Positions 23,948 through 32,422 of a stretch of 64,000 nucleotides of DNA are shown here, in pieces. The position numbers and the translations under genes were made by a program. Source of the stretch: Veleropilina oligotropha (lineage: Eukaryota); assembly GCA_048128005.1 (NCBI GenBank), contig JBEUKZ010000032.1, positions 248,001 to 312,000 of the forward strand. The letters are read 5' to 3'. Below the pieces are notes generated by a model, which was not told the DNA's origin, did not search any database, and was given only the letters and a program-made list of their open reading frames with translations. Numbering within the stretch: position 1 is the first letter of the stretch; every line of letters begins with the position of its first letter.

Positions 23948-24678
23948 TGTATCGCAAGGACTGCGGTAATGGGCATGCCGTGATTGTCGATCGGGTTACC
24001 ATCTGCGTCTGTGACATACACCTTCAATTCGGTGAGTGACCCGGCCTGTAGTCGCCGGCCGGCGGGGTAGCTCTGATAGTGGCCTGCCTCACCGAACATC
24101 TGCGACATTATAGGGACCACCGCGAGAACATTGCTCGGGGCGCCGTCCTTCACATTGTGGGTTGTACTGAGCTGATCCAAGTGAACGTGTAGGGTCGGCG
24201 CTATGGCAAACCCGACAGGCTTGTTCCCGTCATAAGTCCCAGGGCGTAGCCACTCGGATCTCTCCGGAGGGGGAGGTCGGCCCCGTACTCCAATGGGTGG
24301 GTTCAGATTCCCCGATTTATCGAGAATGAACGAAGAAAGGTCTAAGCCTAGGAGTTTCCTGATATCGTCGCTTATCGCGAGTCGGGTCCCCTCTGGGACC
24401 ACGATTCGGGCGAGCCCTGTAGCATGGCTTACGTCTAGCTGTATGTTCTTTAGCGACCTCTTCATCGTCTTGGTGAGGTCATCGAAGCTGTAGAAACCTG
24501 GCGGCACCTCGACCGTGGTATCGGGGGTCTTAAAGAAGGCTCCGGCGTGCACGTTGTGCCAGCCGACCCAATAGTCGAGCGACTGCAAGCTGACACATAG
24601 CTTGCCCTCCCGGTTATCAATCGGTTGAAGGAGGGCAACCGCGGTCCCATCTTGAACACTCGTTAATGTATGGAACAT
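23944..24678 (-). CDS. Putative minor capsid (penton, single jelly-roll) protein
   Basis: 244 aa, beta-rich; VPPGFYS and C-terminal LHVHLD...VLAVVPI...LTELKVYVTDADGNPIDNHGMPITAVLAI resemble Polinton/PLV pentons. Confidence 0.75.
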   Translation of the reverse strand: MFHTLTSVQDGTAVALLQPIDNREGKLCVSLQSLDYWVGWHNVHAGAFFKTPDTTVEVPPGFYSFDDLTKTMKRSLKNIQLDVSHATGLARIVVPEGTRLAISDDIRKLLGLDLSSFILDKSGNLNPPIGVRGRPPPPERSEWLRPGTYDGNKPVGFAIAPTLHVHLDQLSTTHNVKDGAPSNVLAVVPIMSQMFGEAGHYQSYPAGRRLQAGSLTELKVYVTDADGNPIDNHGMPITAVLAIQ

Positions 24679-24685
24679 AGTAGCT

Positions 24686-25963
24686 ATGGCTAAGAGCGCC
24701 TTTGCGTTTAATAGGAGTGCGGCCTATCCGAGCGGTGTGGTGTACCCAGCACAGATCAAAGATGAGCAGCTTACGAGACCAAGCATCAATGTGGGTAATA
24801 GCTCAACCACTGCATTCGGGGCAGACTATCCAGACGTATTTCAAAAGTATCGCCTCCCACATGTCGCGAGTGACCGACTGATAAGGGCTTGGCAGACCAC
24901 GCCGATGCAGTTCTGGCAGAACAAGGTCAATTTCGCAGTCTGGTGTGCTACAACAGGTTCCGGGATCTCCTCAGAAGACCACTTGAATGCGACCGACCCC
25001 CTCTCCACTGCTGTATTCACCTTCCACGTATACTATCAGGTCAGAAGGATCTTGACCGAGATTCAGGCCCCGCTGCCTCAAGACGTGACGTGGGATGCAT
25101 TCGACACCCCGTATGACCGAAGGGCATATGAAAAGATCTGCAGCGAATTCGGAGTGTCCCCACATACCGACTGGTGTGTCAGGGGTCCCAACGGCGGACT
25201 AGGCACCGCTTACAGCTACTGGACGAACAACGGCTACCACCCCATCGGACGTGAGTATGATCCAAGCCGAATGTCCTTCACCAAAGGTACGACCAACACG
25301 AATCTGCACGTGGACTACATCACGCAAGCGCCTGCGCTTTCAAACGGCTGGGCTTCCTTTATTCTGGACAAGTCGGCGGGATTCACGAGGGCCGGCGTGG
25401 AGAGGCTCAATGACTCCATCAGGACCTACGTCTGGGCGATTCTTGGAGCGCAGGCGCAGACACGTGCAAGTATTCTGGGGAGTGGGACGGCATTTGACGC
25501 ACAGAAACAGTTTCTGGCCGACGTCGAAGACGCCATCGCATCGCCAGTGGACCTCCCATCAGCCATCAAACGGTACCAGGACGTTTTGCAGTATGCCAGG
25601 TCCAAGGTCGACTTCGTATTCGGCGTCGGCCTGTACATGGCGCCAAGTAACATGCTTCTACGGATCGGGCAGGTGGCTGGTTATAACAACGAGATCGTCG
25701 TCGCCACGGAAGACCAGACCCTAGGTCTTAATATGACTGTCAATGCGGCCAGTGTGCCGCCCAACGCCGCTGGGGAGACTGGAGAAACAGGATTGGTTAT
25801 TCCACAAGACGCAGATGCAAGCATACCGGTAGTCACTCTGAAGCATCCAAACGCTGAGCTGGCTGTAGCTGTTCCAGCGGTAGCTGTGGCACATGACGAG
25901 GAGAAAACCGCACTTATCGTGGGCGGCATTGTCGTTGGCCTAGCGTTCATCTGGCTTACGTGA
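24686..25963 (+). CDS. Uncharacterised 425-aa viral protein with a C-terminal transmembrane anchor
   Basis: Long intact ORF ending ALIVGGIVVGLAFIWLT*. Confidence 0.8.
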   Translation: MAKSAFAFNRSAAYPSGVVYPAQIKDEQLTRPSINVGNSSTTAFGADYPDVFQKYRLPHVASDRLIRAWQTTPMQFWQNKVNFAVWCATTGSGISSEDHLNATDPLSTAVFTFHVYYQVRRILTEIQAPLPQDVTWDAFDTPYDRRAYEKICSEFGVSPHTDWCVRGPNGGLGTAYSYWTNNGYHPIGREYDPSRMSFTKGTTNTNLHVDYITQAPALSNGWASFILDKSAGFTRAGVERLNDSIRTYVWAILGAQAQTRASILGSGTAFDAQKQFLADVEDAIASPVDLPSAIKRYQDVLQYARSKVDFVFGVGLYMAPSNMLLRIGQVAGYNNEIVVATEDQTLGLNMTVNAASVPPNAAGETGETGLVIPQDADASIPVVTLKHPNAELAVAVPAVAVAHDEEKTALIVGGIVVGLAFIWLT

Positions 25964-27254
25964 CCCACTGTCTAGCGGCAATAAGAAGCAAGCCCCCAAC
26001 AGATATAATCACAGCCCACAGATTCTCGGCGAGCCACGACGCAGTTTTGCCAACCAGATTGATTAGCCAGGAAATCAGGCTTCCAAGTATTCCGGGGAGC
26101 GCGGCTTCGGCCTTCCCCGCTAGTTTGCCTAGAATCCGTCCCAGGTTCTGCAGCTGCTTTTTGACCCACTCCTTGACCCCCCCCTGACCACTGGGAGGTG
26201 GTGGTGTTGGTGCGATGCTCGGCGCTCCGCCTGTCAGGGCTAGTACCAAAGTCGAGATGGCCAACCCAATAGCGGTCAGTATGGTTGCGATCGTAACCCC
26301 TTGCTCTCGGAAGAGGGTCCGAATACGCTCGGCCAGCGTTGTGTCAGAGTGGAGAATCCGATCTAGCATCTCTCGGATCCGGCTGATTTGAGAGCGTAGG
26401 GCCTCCCGGCTGGATCCGGCTGCCTCGAGGCGAGCTGCTCGTTCATCGTTTAAGTTGCGCAAACGTTCCGCAATCCGTCGACGTACAAAATCTTCCACAC
26501 CGCCCTCTTCATCTGCCTGATCGAGCTTGCTCTTCTCCAACTCTATGTGTTCATCCAGCGCCGTTAGTTTGGCTAAGTTGTTAGTGAGCTCGCCTCGAAT
26601 GGTCTGCATCGCCTTGTCCAGCCCACGAAGCTCACGAAGATTGAATGGAGGGGGGTCCCCCTCCACCGAGTTCAAGAACTCTTCAACTTCAGCGTCGGTG
26701 AACTCCGTCTCCATGTTGTGGATCGCTGCTGAGGCCGTTGTCGCGGTCTGCCCCAAGTCCTGCAGTTCTACGTTTTCGACATTGGCCGCCGCACCGCTCA
26801 ACTCATTGTTGGCTGTCTGCAGAGCTGCAACCGCTTTTGAGGACAGCTTTTGTCCCCCTTTCCCCCGCTTCTCTGGCCGCGTCCAGTGTTCAAAACCCAA
26901 CCCCTTTCTGATCGCTTTACCCCCACCTCTCCGGTTAGCTAGTGTTGACAAAGCATTGGGTTTTTTCGTTCTAGAATTGATGAGATCGATGTTTGGATAT
27001 TTCTTCAGCCGCAATCCCTCCTCCTCCACGTACTCGAACTGGGAATAATCACGCCACGGGGGCGGGGTCTGCCCCTCCTCCAACAGGGCTTCGTAGTAGC
27101 CATCAACCGCGTCCTTCACTAACTCTTGCCGCTGACTGCTGGTTCCTTCCTGTGGCCGTTCCGAAAGAACAGGCTCAATCCAGTCCGTGGATCCAACCTC
27201 ACCATCATCGTCGACGATGTCGGGCTCGAATGTGGGGTTCTCAAATTCCGCCAT
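25956..27254 (-). CDS. 432-aa coiled-coil protein with C-terminal hydrophobic/amphipathic helices
   Basis: Likely start MAEFENPTF at 27254 (the upstream part of the 699-aa ORF is antisense to the capsid gene); heptad-rich middle; VTIATILTAIGLAISTLVLAL and LWAVIISVGGLLLIA segments. Confidence 0.8.
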   Translation of the reverse strand: MAEFENPTFEPDIVDDDGEVGSTDWIEPVLSERPQEGTSSQRQELVKDAVDGYYEALLEEGQTPPPWRDYSQFEYVEEEGLRLKKYPNIDLINSRTKKPNALSTLANRRGGGKAIRKGLGFEHWTRPEKRGKGGQKLSSKAVAALQTANNELSGAAANVENVELQDLGQTATTASAAIHNMETEFTDAEVEEFLNSVEGDPPPFNLRELRGLDKAMQTIRGELTNNLAKLTALDEHIELEKSKLDQADEEGGVEDFVRRRIAERLRNLNDERAARLEAAGSSREALRSQISRIREMLDRILHSDTTLAERIRTLFREQGVTIATILTAIGLAISTLVLALTGGAPSIAPTPPPPSGQGGVKEWVKKQLQNLGRILGKLAGKAEAALPGILGSLISWLINLVGKTASWLAENLWAVIISVGGLLLIAARQWVT

Positions 27255-27305
27255 TTGAATACTCAAGCTGGGATACGCATCTAAATCAGCCATAGCGACA
27301 ACAAC

Positions 27306-28610
27306 ATGGCCAGCACGTATGGACGCACGTTGAATCCATACCGCAGACTTCGAGAGCCTCTTGGGGTGAAAGGGGTCCGCCAGTCGGTCACGATAACGAA
27401 CAACCCATCCACTATTGCTGCGAACCAGCAGCTGTTGGTTCGGTTCCCGAATCTCGGGACTCACGACGTAATCGTGCCAGGGACGGCCCACCTCGCATTT
27501 ACCATTTCTCTGACCTCGGCTAACCCGAACAGAACTGTAGTTCAGAATATCGGACGCGCCGTGATCAAAAAGACCACGATTAAGATTAGTGGGAACGAAG
27601 TCATGTCTATAGATGACTCCGACGTGTAACACTGCTACTGCGATCTCTGGAAGACCGCAAGGGAGCGCAAGAATGCCCAATATCAGGGTATTGATACCAG
27701 CGACAGCCACAACACTACGAAGAACCGTGTCGGCGCTGAGGGCGCATTCAGACGTTCTGAGGACACAGCTATATCGGATGCGTACGGCCCAAGGTTTCGC
27801 ATCCCGCTGGACTTCGAGTTGCTGGAGAGCCACATGCCGTTCTACCAAAGTGCGTTGGGGGACCGTCTTGAGTACGAGCTTACGTTCAACGACTACTCCC
27901 GGACAATCAGGGACACCGATGACCCCAGCTCCAGCTACGTCATCGACAATATCAGCCTGGAATACGACATGGTCACTAATCTTGAGCTTGCCAGATCGAT
28001 AAAAAACCAATACTCGGGCCGCCTCGTGATCCTGTACGATCGTGTCCTGCGGCATCGTAAGATCACCAGAGACAAGAGTGACACTTTGTGGAATTTAAAT
28101 TTGAATGTACCGGCGAAATCCATGAAGGGTATCCTATTTCTGTTCGAGGATCCCGCGAGAGACGCCGTACCATTCGCGAGGGACACCGAGGCCTTCTACA
28201 ATCTGAAGATCACAAAGGTCGAGGTCACTATTGAGGGTGTGCCGAATCAACTGTACAGCCAGGGCATGCGTTCCTACCAGATGTGGGACGAAGCCAGGAG
28301 ATTCTTCGCCTCCTCTCCGATCAGCAAACGCCATCCTGAGGTCGCGATGGTTGCCAAGGACTTGGCGCTGGCGGACGTCACCCTGGGCGAGTTTCTGACG
28401 AAAAAGTTTGCACTCTGGATCGACCTGCGCGTAACCGACGACGACGAGCTGCATGGGTCAGGCCGGAAAGTAGATAACGCCAGCGAGGGCATTACGATTC
28501 AGATCACGAAGACAGGCGAAGCCGCCGGCCCGTTGAACGTCTACATGTTCGTGATAATGGACGCGCAGCTGCATATTGAAAATGGCCGATTTGTCACCGC
28601 GCTGTACTAG
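27306..28610 (+). pseudogene. Putative double-jelly-roll major capsid protein (434 codons) with one premature TAA at 27627-27629
   Basis: ORFs 27306-27629 and 27819-28610 are in frame and open on both sides of the stop (…DDSDV*HCYCDLW…FRIPLDFELL…LEYELTF…YVIDNISLEYDMV). Size, beta-strand pattern and position next to the ATPase fit an MCP. Confidence 0.8.
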
Positions 28611-29217
28611 TAGACGGTTCCCCCACCCCAAGGACCCCCACTCCGCGATCATCTGCGGCCAGACCGGCTGCGGGAAGACCTTGTTTATACTTGAACTTCT
28701 GGAGGGGGAGTACTTAGGAGTGTTCAAGCACATCGTCATTCTATGCCCAACGATCAAGTTCAATCAGGCATACCAGTCATGCCCATGGATCTGGACCGAC
28801 CCTGAGGTGTACTTGATCCCCCCCGGTGAGCGGCTCCATGATTGGTTGCGGGGGTTCTACCGACTGTTCCAGGGAGAATCAACCCTATACATCATCGACG
28901 ACTGCGCCGCCAGCAAGGCCCTAGCCAAGAGGAGGGATATGCTGACTGAGCTGGCTTTTAGCGGGAGGCACGCCGCTCAGAGTGTGTGGGTGGTGACGCA
29001 GAAGTACAACTCGATCCTGAAGGAGTTTCGGGAGCAGACCCGCTTTGTCGTTTTGTTTCACTGCAAGGACCGCGACAGTTATGAAGACTGCCTTCGCGAG
29101 AACGATGTCATTCAGTCACAGGATGAACGGACCGCGGTGCGCCGGCTGTTGGCCGAGACCCGACACGCTAAGCTTCTGTTGAAAACTGATCAGCCCGTTG
29201 CTTATAGTGTGCTTTAG
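28582..29217 (+). CDS. A32/FtsK-HerA family DNA-packaging ATPase
   Basis: Walker A GQTGCGKT, Walker B YIIDD, GRH arginine motif, VVTQKY motif. Confidence 0.92.
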   Translation: MADLSPRCTSRRFPHPKDPHSAIICGQTGCGKTLFILELLEGEYLGVFKHIVILCPTIKFNQAYQSCPWIWTDPEVYLIPPGERLHDWLRGFYRLFQGESTLYIIDDCAASKALAKRRDMLTELAFSGRHAAQSVWVVTQKYNSILKEFREQTRFVVLFHCKDRDSYEDCLRENDVIQSQDERTAVRRLLAETRHAKLLLKTDQPVAYSVL

Positions 29218-29258
29218 CAAGCTGTAGTCTACTGAGCATCTGCCCAGCAAGCTCTCGC

Positions 29259-30020
29259 ATGTCGGACGCTGTATATCTAGCTTTTGCTTGCAGCCAGAGC
29301 CTGGTATTGTTGCTACTCGTAACGTTGTGGTATTGGCATTATCGCTATATTAGACTGGCGAGGAGATGTTGGAAACGCTTAAGGATGGACAGCCTTATCG
29401 ATCAACTCATGGACGACGAGGAAGAAACGACCGTGGGCGGCCATGGCTCGACGACCAAACGCTGCTCGCAGCACGAGGAACCTGTCAGTGGCTCCATAGG
29501 GATGGCAAAGAAACGGGAGAGGCTTGCCGCGTTAGCCATCGGAGGGGATGCCAGCAAATACTTGGGGAGAAACCTCACGGTTGACCGAATCGACGATATG
29601 ACTGACGACGAGGTTGAGAAACACCACGCACGGTATGAAGCGAAGCTAGGTGCTGACATGACGAAGACCCTGGGGACTGCCGCTATACAGCTGTATGCGG
29701 GTGCAGCTGGGATGTTCTTGCCCATTCCGCCGGAGAACCAACCACGTCTGGTCGCTGACCTCGAGGCCGATTCTTTCATCGCCCATGCTCTCCGCGGTGC
29801 AAGCTGTGAGCTGTATTATAAGTATGGCATGTGGCTAGCGCCGCTGACCGCCGTGTTGACCACTGCGAAGCACTGCCAATTTGGACATGTTTGCCCGCCT
29901 AAAATATCAGAGCGAGAGCGAGATGACAATGCCGGAAGTGGACCAAATGATCGAGAGCCAGCCGATCGAGAGCCCGCCGATAGAGAGGGTGACTTCTTCG
30001 ACAGACTCATCAGTGAGTAA
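29259..30020 (+). CDS. Uncharacterised viral protein (N-terminal TM segment; alternative start 29385)
   Basis: Intact 253-aa ORF in a co-oriented gene run. Confidence 0.7.
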   Translation: MSDAVYLAFACSQSLVLLLLVTLWYWHYRYIRLARRCWKRLRMDSLIDQLMDDEEETTVGGHGSTTKRCSQHEEPVSGSIGMAKKRERLAALAIGGDASKYLGRNLTVDRIDDMTDDEVEKHHARYEAKLGADMTKTLGTAAIQLYAGAAGMFLPIPPENQPRLVADLEADSFIAHALRGASCELYYKYGMWLAPLTAVLTTAKHCQFGHVCPPKISERERDDNAGSGPNDREPADREPADREGDFFDRLISE

Positions 30021-30438
30021 AAAGGACCCTAAGAAGGTGGCTGCGAGTCGGGCCGGTGCTGCTGCTCGGAAAGTCAAGCAGGAGAGGCTCCTTGCTGACG
30101 TTAGAAGACTCAAAGAAGACGCTCGACAAGTATCCGTCAGCGAAGTTCCTTCAGACCTACCGGAGGCACAGCCCCAACAACAAAAACACAGTGGTAATAC
30201 CCCGGCCGAGGTGACCGCGGTCGAAAAGTCAGCTACACGGAAATCGGACCCAAAATTTAATTGGACCCAGGTAGCCGTTGCTGCCGGTACGGTTGCATTG
30301 GTATTTGTTGTCTGGAGACGCAACAGTGGTCCATCCACACCACATCAACAGCCACCAGTCGCGGACGCCAGGCAGCCCCCGCCCACCCCAACCACCACCG
30401 AATTGAAGACTAGGCACAACCCGTTCCATATGCGATAG
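29923..30438 (+). CDS. Basic, low-complexity viral protein with one TM helix
   Basis: KKDPKKVAASRAGAAARKVK; WTQVAVAAGTVALVFVVWRR. Confidence 0.65.
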   Translation: MTMPEVDQMIESQPIESPPIERVTSSTDSSVSKKDPKKVAASRAGAAARKVKQERLLADVRRLKEDARQVSVSEVPSDLPEAQPQQQKHSGNTPAEVTAVEKSATRKSDPKFNWTQVAVAAGTVALVFVVWRRNSGPSTPHQQPPVADARQPPPTPTTTELKTRHNPFHMR

Positions 30439-30452
30439 TCTCAGTACGAAAC

Positions 30453-30692
30453 ATGACTACCCCGATTACTGATGGAAAGATGCTCGGCAATGCTGTATAT
30501 CACGCAGCTATAGTGTCAGGCCTTGCCATAGGCTACGCACGCCTGGGAAAAATGGCCTTCAAGGGAGCGAGCCCCAAACTTGACTTCACGGGTTACGACG
30601 TCGGGATGGTCGTCCTCGACGTAGCGCTCGCCATGGCGACGAAGGACATGCTGATCAAGCAAGGCATCATTCCGGCCGACGTTTTGAAGTAG
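30453..30692 (+). CDS. Small hydrophobic viral protein (79 aa)
   Basis: Two hydrophobic stretches; tightly packed with its neighbours. Confidence 0.7.
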   Translation: MTTPITDGKMLGNAVYHAAIVSGLAIGYARLGKMAFKGASPKLDFTGYDVGMVVLDVALAMATKDMLIKQGIIPADVLK

Positions 30693-30727
30693 TAAGTGGG
30701 ACCTTGCTAGATAATCGCAGCATTTCA

Positions 30728-31159
30728 ATGGCTTCCATTGCGATGCTGGTTGGGGGCGCTCTCGTCAACGCCCTCGCCTTCAGCGGCTCCAACTTCCTCT
30801 TCTCGAAGCTACGCAGCTCCGGTGTTGATGCGGAGCGTAAACGTCACGACATAGCCGTAGAGCAGCTCAACGCCGCTCAGACTAAATGGTCCCAAAAGAG
30901 GGCAGAGCGTCTCGACTGGCTGAACGTTGAACTTCGCCGCCAGGGTCACGCTGTTGGCACATTCCGGGATGTTGACGCCGCTATCCGTGAGTATGCATTG
31001 ATCACCGGCAAGAACCTTGACCCCACCGCCATGGGAGGTGGCCCTGAGCCCCAGCTGTCCGACTACTACACGCCGAGCGATGACCAAAAGGGACGTGAGA
31101 TCACCTTCATCATCCTCGGGATGGCTGCGACCGGGTTGGTAGCCTACAAGCTCGCCTAA
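30728..31159 (+). CDS. Viral membrane protein (143 aa)
   Basis: Hydrophobic N-terminus MASIAMLVGGALVNALAF, charged helix, C-terminal ITFIILGMAATGLVAYKLA. Confidence 0.75.
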   Translation: MASIAMLVGGALVNALAFSGSNFLFSKLRSSGVDAERKRHDIAVEQLNAAQTKWSQKRAERLDWLNVELRRQGHAVGTFRDVDAAIREYALITGKNLDPTAMGGGPEPQLSDYYTPSDDQKGREITFIILGMAATGLVAYKLA

Positions 31160-31201
31160 TTATTTCTATAGTGAACATTTTTTTCGTGGGCATGTATAAT
31201 A

Positions 31202-31432
31202 ATGGGGCTCCCAGAAGAGCTGTACTGCGCCATGCTTGCGGTCAGCGGGGTGGGCCTTAGTACTACGTCACTCGACTGCTGGCGCCGCGACGAAAAGACT
31301 ATGGTGCGGTTCGCAGTCCTGGTGCTCTCGGGCCCGACCAACCTTCGGGCGACGACTGCGCAGCGACCGGCTCCGGAAGCTGAAGCCTGTTGGAGACTGA
31401 TCAGTTTACTGGAATACATTGCTGATGGATAG
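31202..31432 (+). CDS. Possible small viral ORF (76 aa)
   Basis: Fills the gap before the integrase; its stop overlaps the integrase start region. Confidence 0.4.
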   Translation: MGLPEELYCAMLAVSGVGLSTTSLDCWRRDEKTMVRFAVLVLSGPTNLRATTAQRPAPEAEACWRLISLLEYIADG

Positions 31433-32422
31433 TAAGCTTGCGAGGATATACTACAGCCCTAAGGGCTACTGGAAAGGCATTGCCGCGATAAAGAAACTAG
31501 CTGAGGCTGCCAAGGCGTCTGAAGTGGAGGCCCGGACATGGCTTAAGAGGCAGGCTATATGGCAGATCTATTTACCTGCGCCACGGCGGATTCCAAGACC
31601 AAAATTCGACGTCGTAACGCCGAACGAGGTTCACCAAGCCGACCTCCTGTTTCTCCCACATGACAAGGTCGGTCGTAAAACGTACAAGTATGCTTTGACT
31701 GTGGTTGATGTTGCCAGTCGCTACAAAGAGGCTGAGCCTCTGGTCACAAAAGAGGCCAAAGGGGTTGCTGAAGCCCTGTCTCGAATCTACAGGCGGAGTC
31801 CTCTTGGCTGGCCGAAACTGCTTCAAGTCGATCCAGGGAGGGAGTTTATGGGCGCGGTTTCCCAGCTGCTGGCAAAGAATAACGTCGAGGTTAGGCGTGG
31901 CCGTGTGGATATCCATCGCGATCAGGGCATTGTGGAGCGCTTCAACCGGACGCTCGCTGAGCGGCTCTTCGGGCACCAGTACGCAACAGAGATGCGGTTT
32001 GCAGAGTCTGCGAAAGAGGGTCAAAGGTCAACGGAGTGGGTCGCCCGGCTGCCGGCCGTTGTTGCGGCCTTGAATGGGGAAGAGACCCGCCTCACCGGTA
32101 AAAAGCCCAAGGACGCCATTAAGGCACCTCGCGTTCCCCAAAAGCCAGGCGCCACTGTTCCAGACCGACAGGGGAAGGAACTGAAACTCCCCTCAGGCGT
32201 TGGTGTTCGTTACCTTTACTACGATGGTGAGCTGGAGGGGGTCGTCGCCGTGCTACTGACCCGGTGTGGTCTCTAAAAGTTTACAGGCTTGGACGCTCCG
32301 TCACTAAGCCTGACGAGCCTGTGCTCTACTACTTGCTTGATGGACCACCGCGTGGCTTCGTTCGAGAGGAACTGCTCGTGGTGCCTCGTGACACCCAGCT
32401 GCCGCCGGTTCTCAGGCGTTAA
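31425..32422 (+). CDS. Retroviral-like (rve, DDE) integrase of Polinton type; frameshift at the G5 run 32237-32241
   Basis: HQADLLFL...LTVVDVASRY...LQVDPGREF...GIVERFNRTL. Adding one G extends the C-terminus as GGRRRATDPVWSLKVY...GFVREELLVVP to TAA at 32422. Confidence 0.92.

Noticed and set aside
27255..28055. N-terminal 267 aa of the 699-aa minus-strand ORF
   Set aside because: Antisense shadow of the capsid gene; the plausible protein starts at ATG 27254
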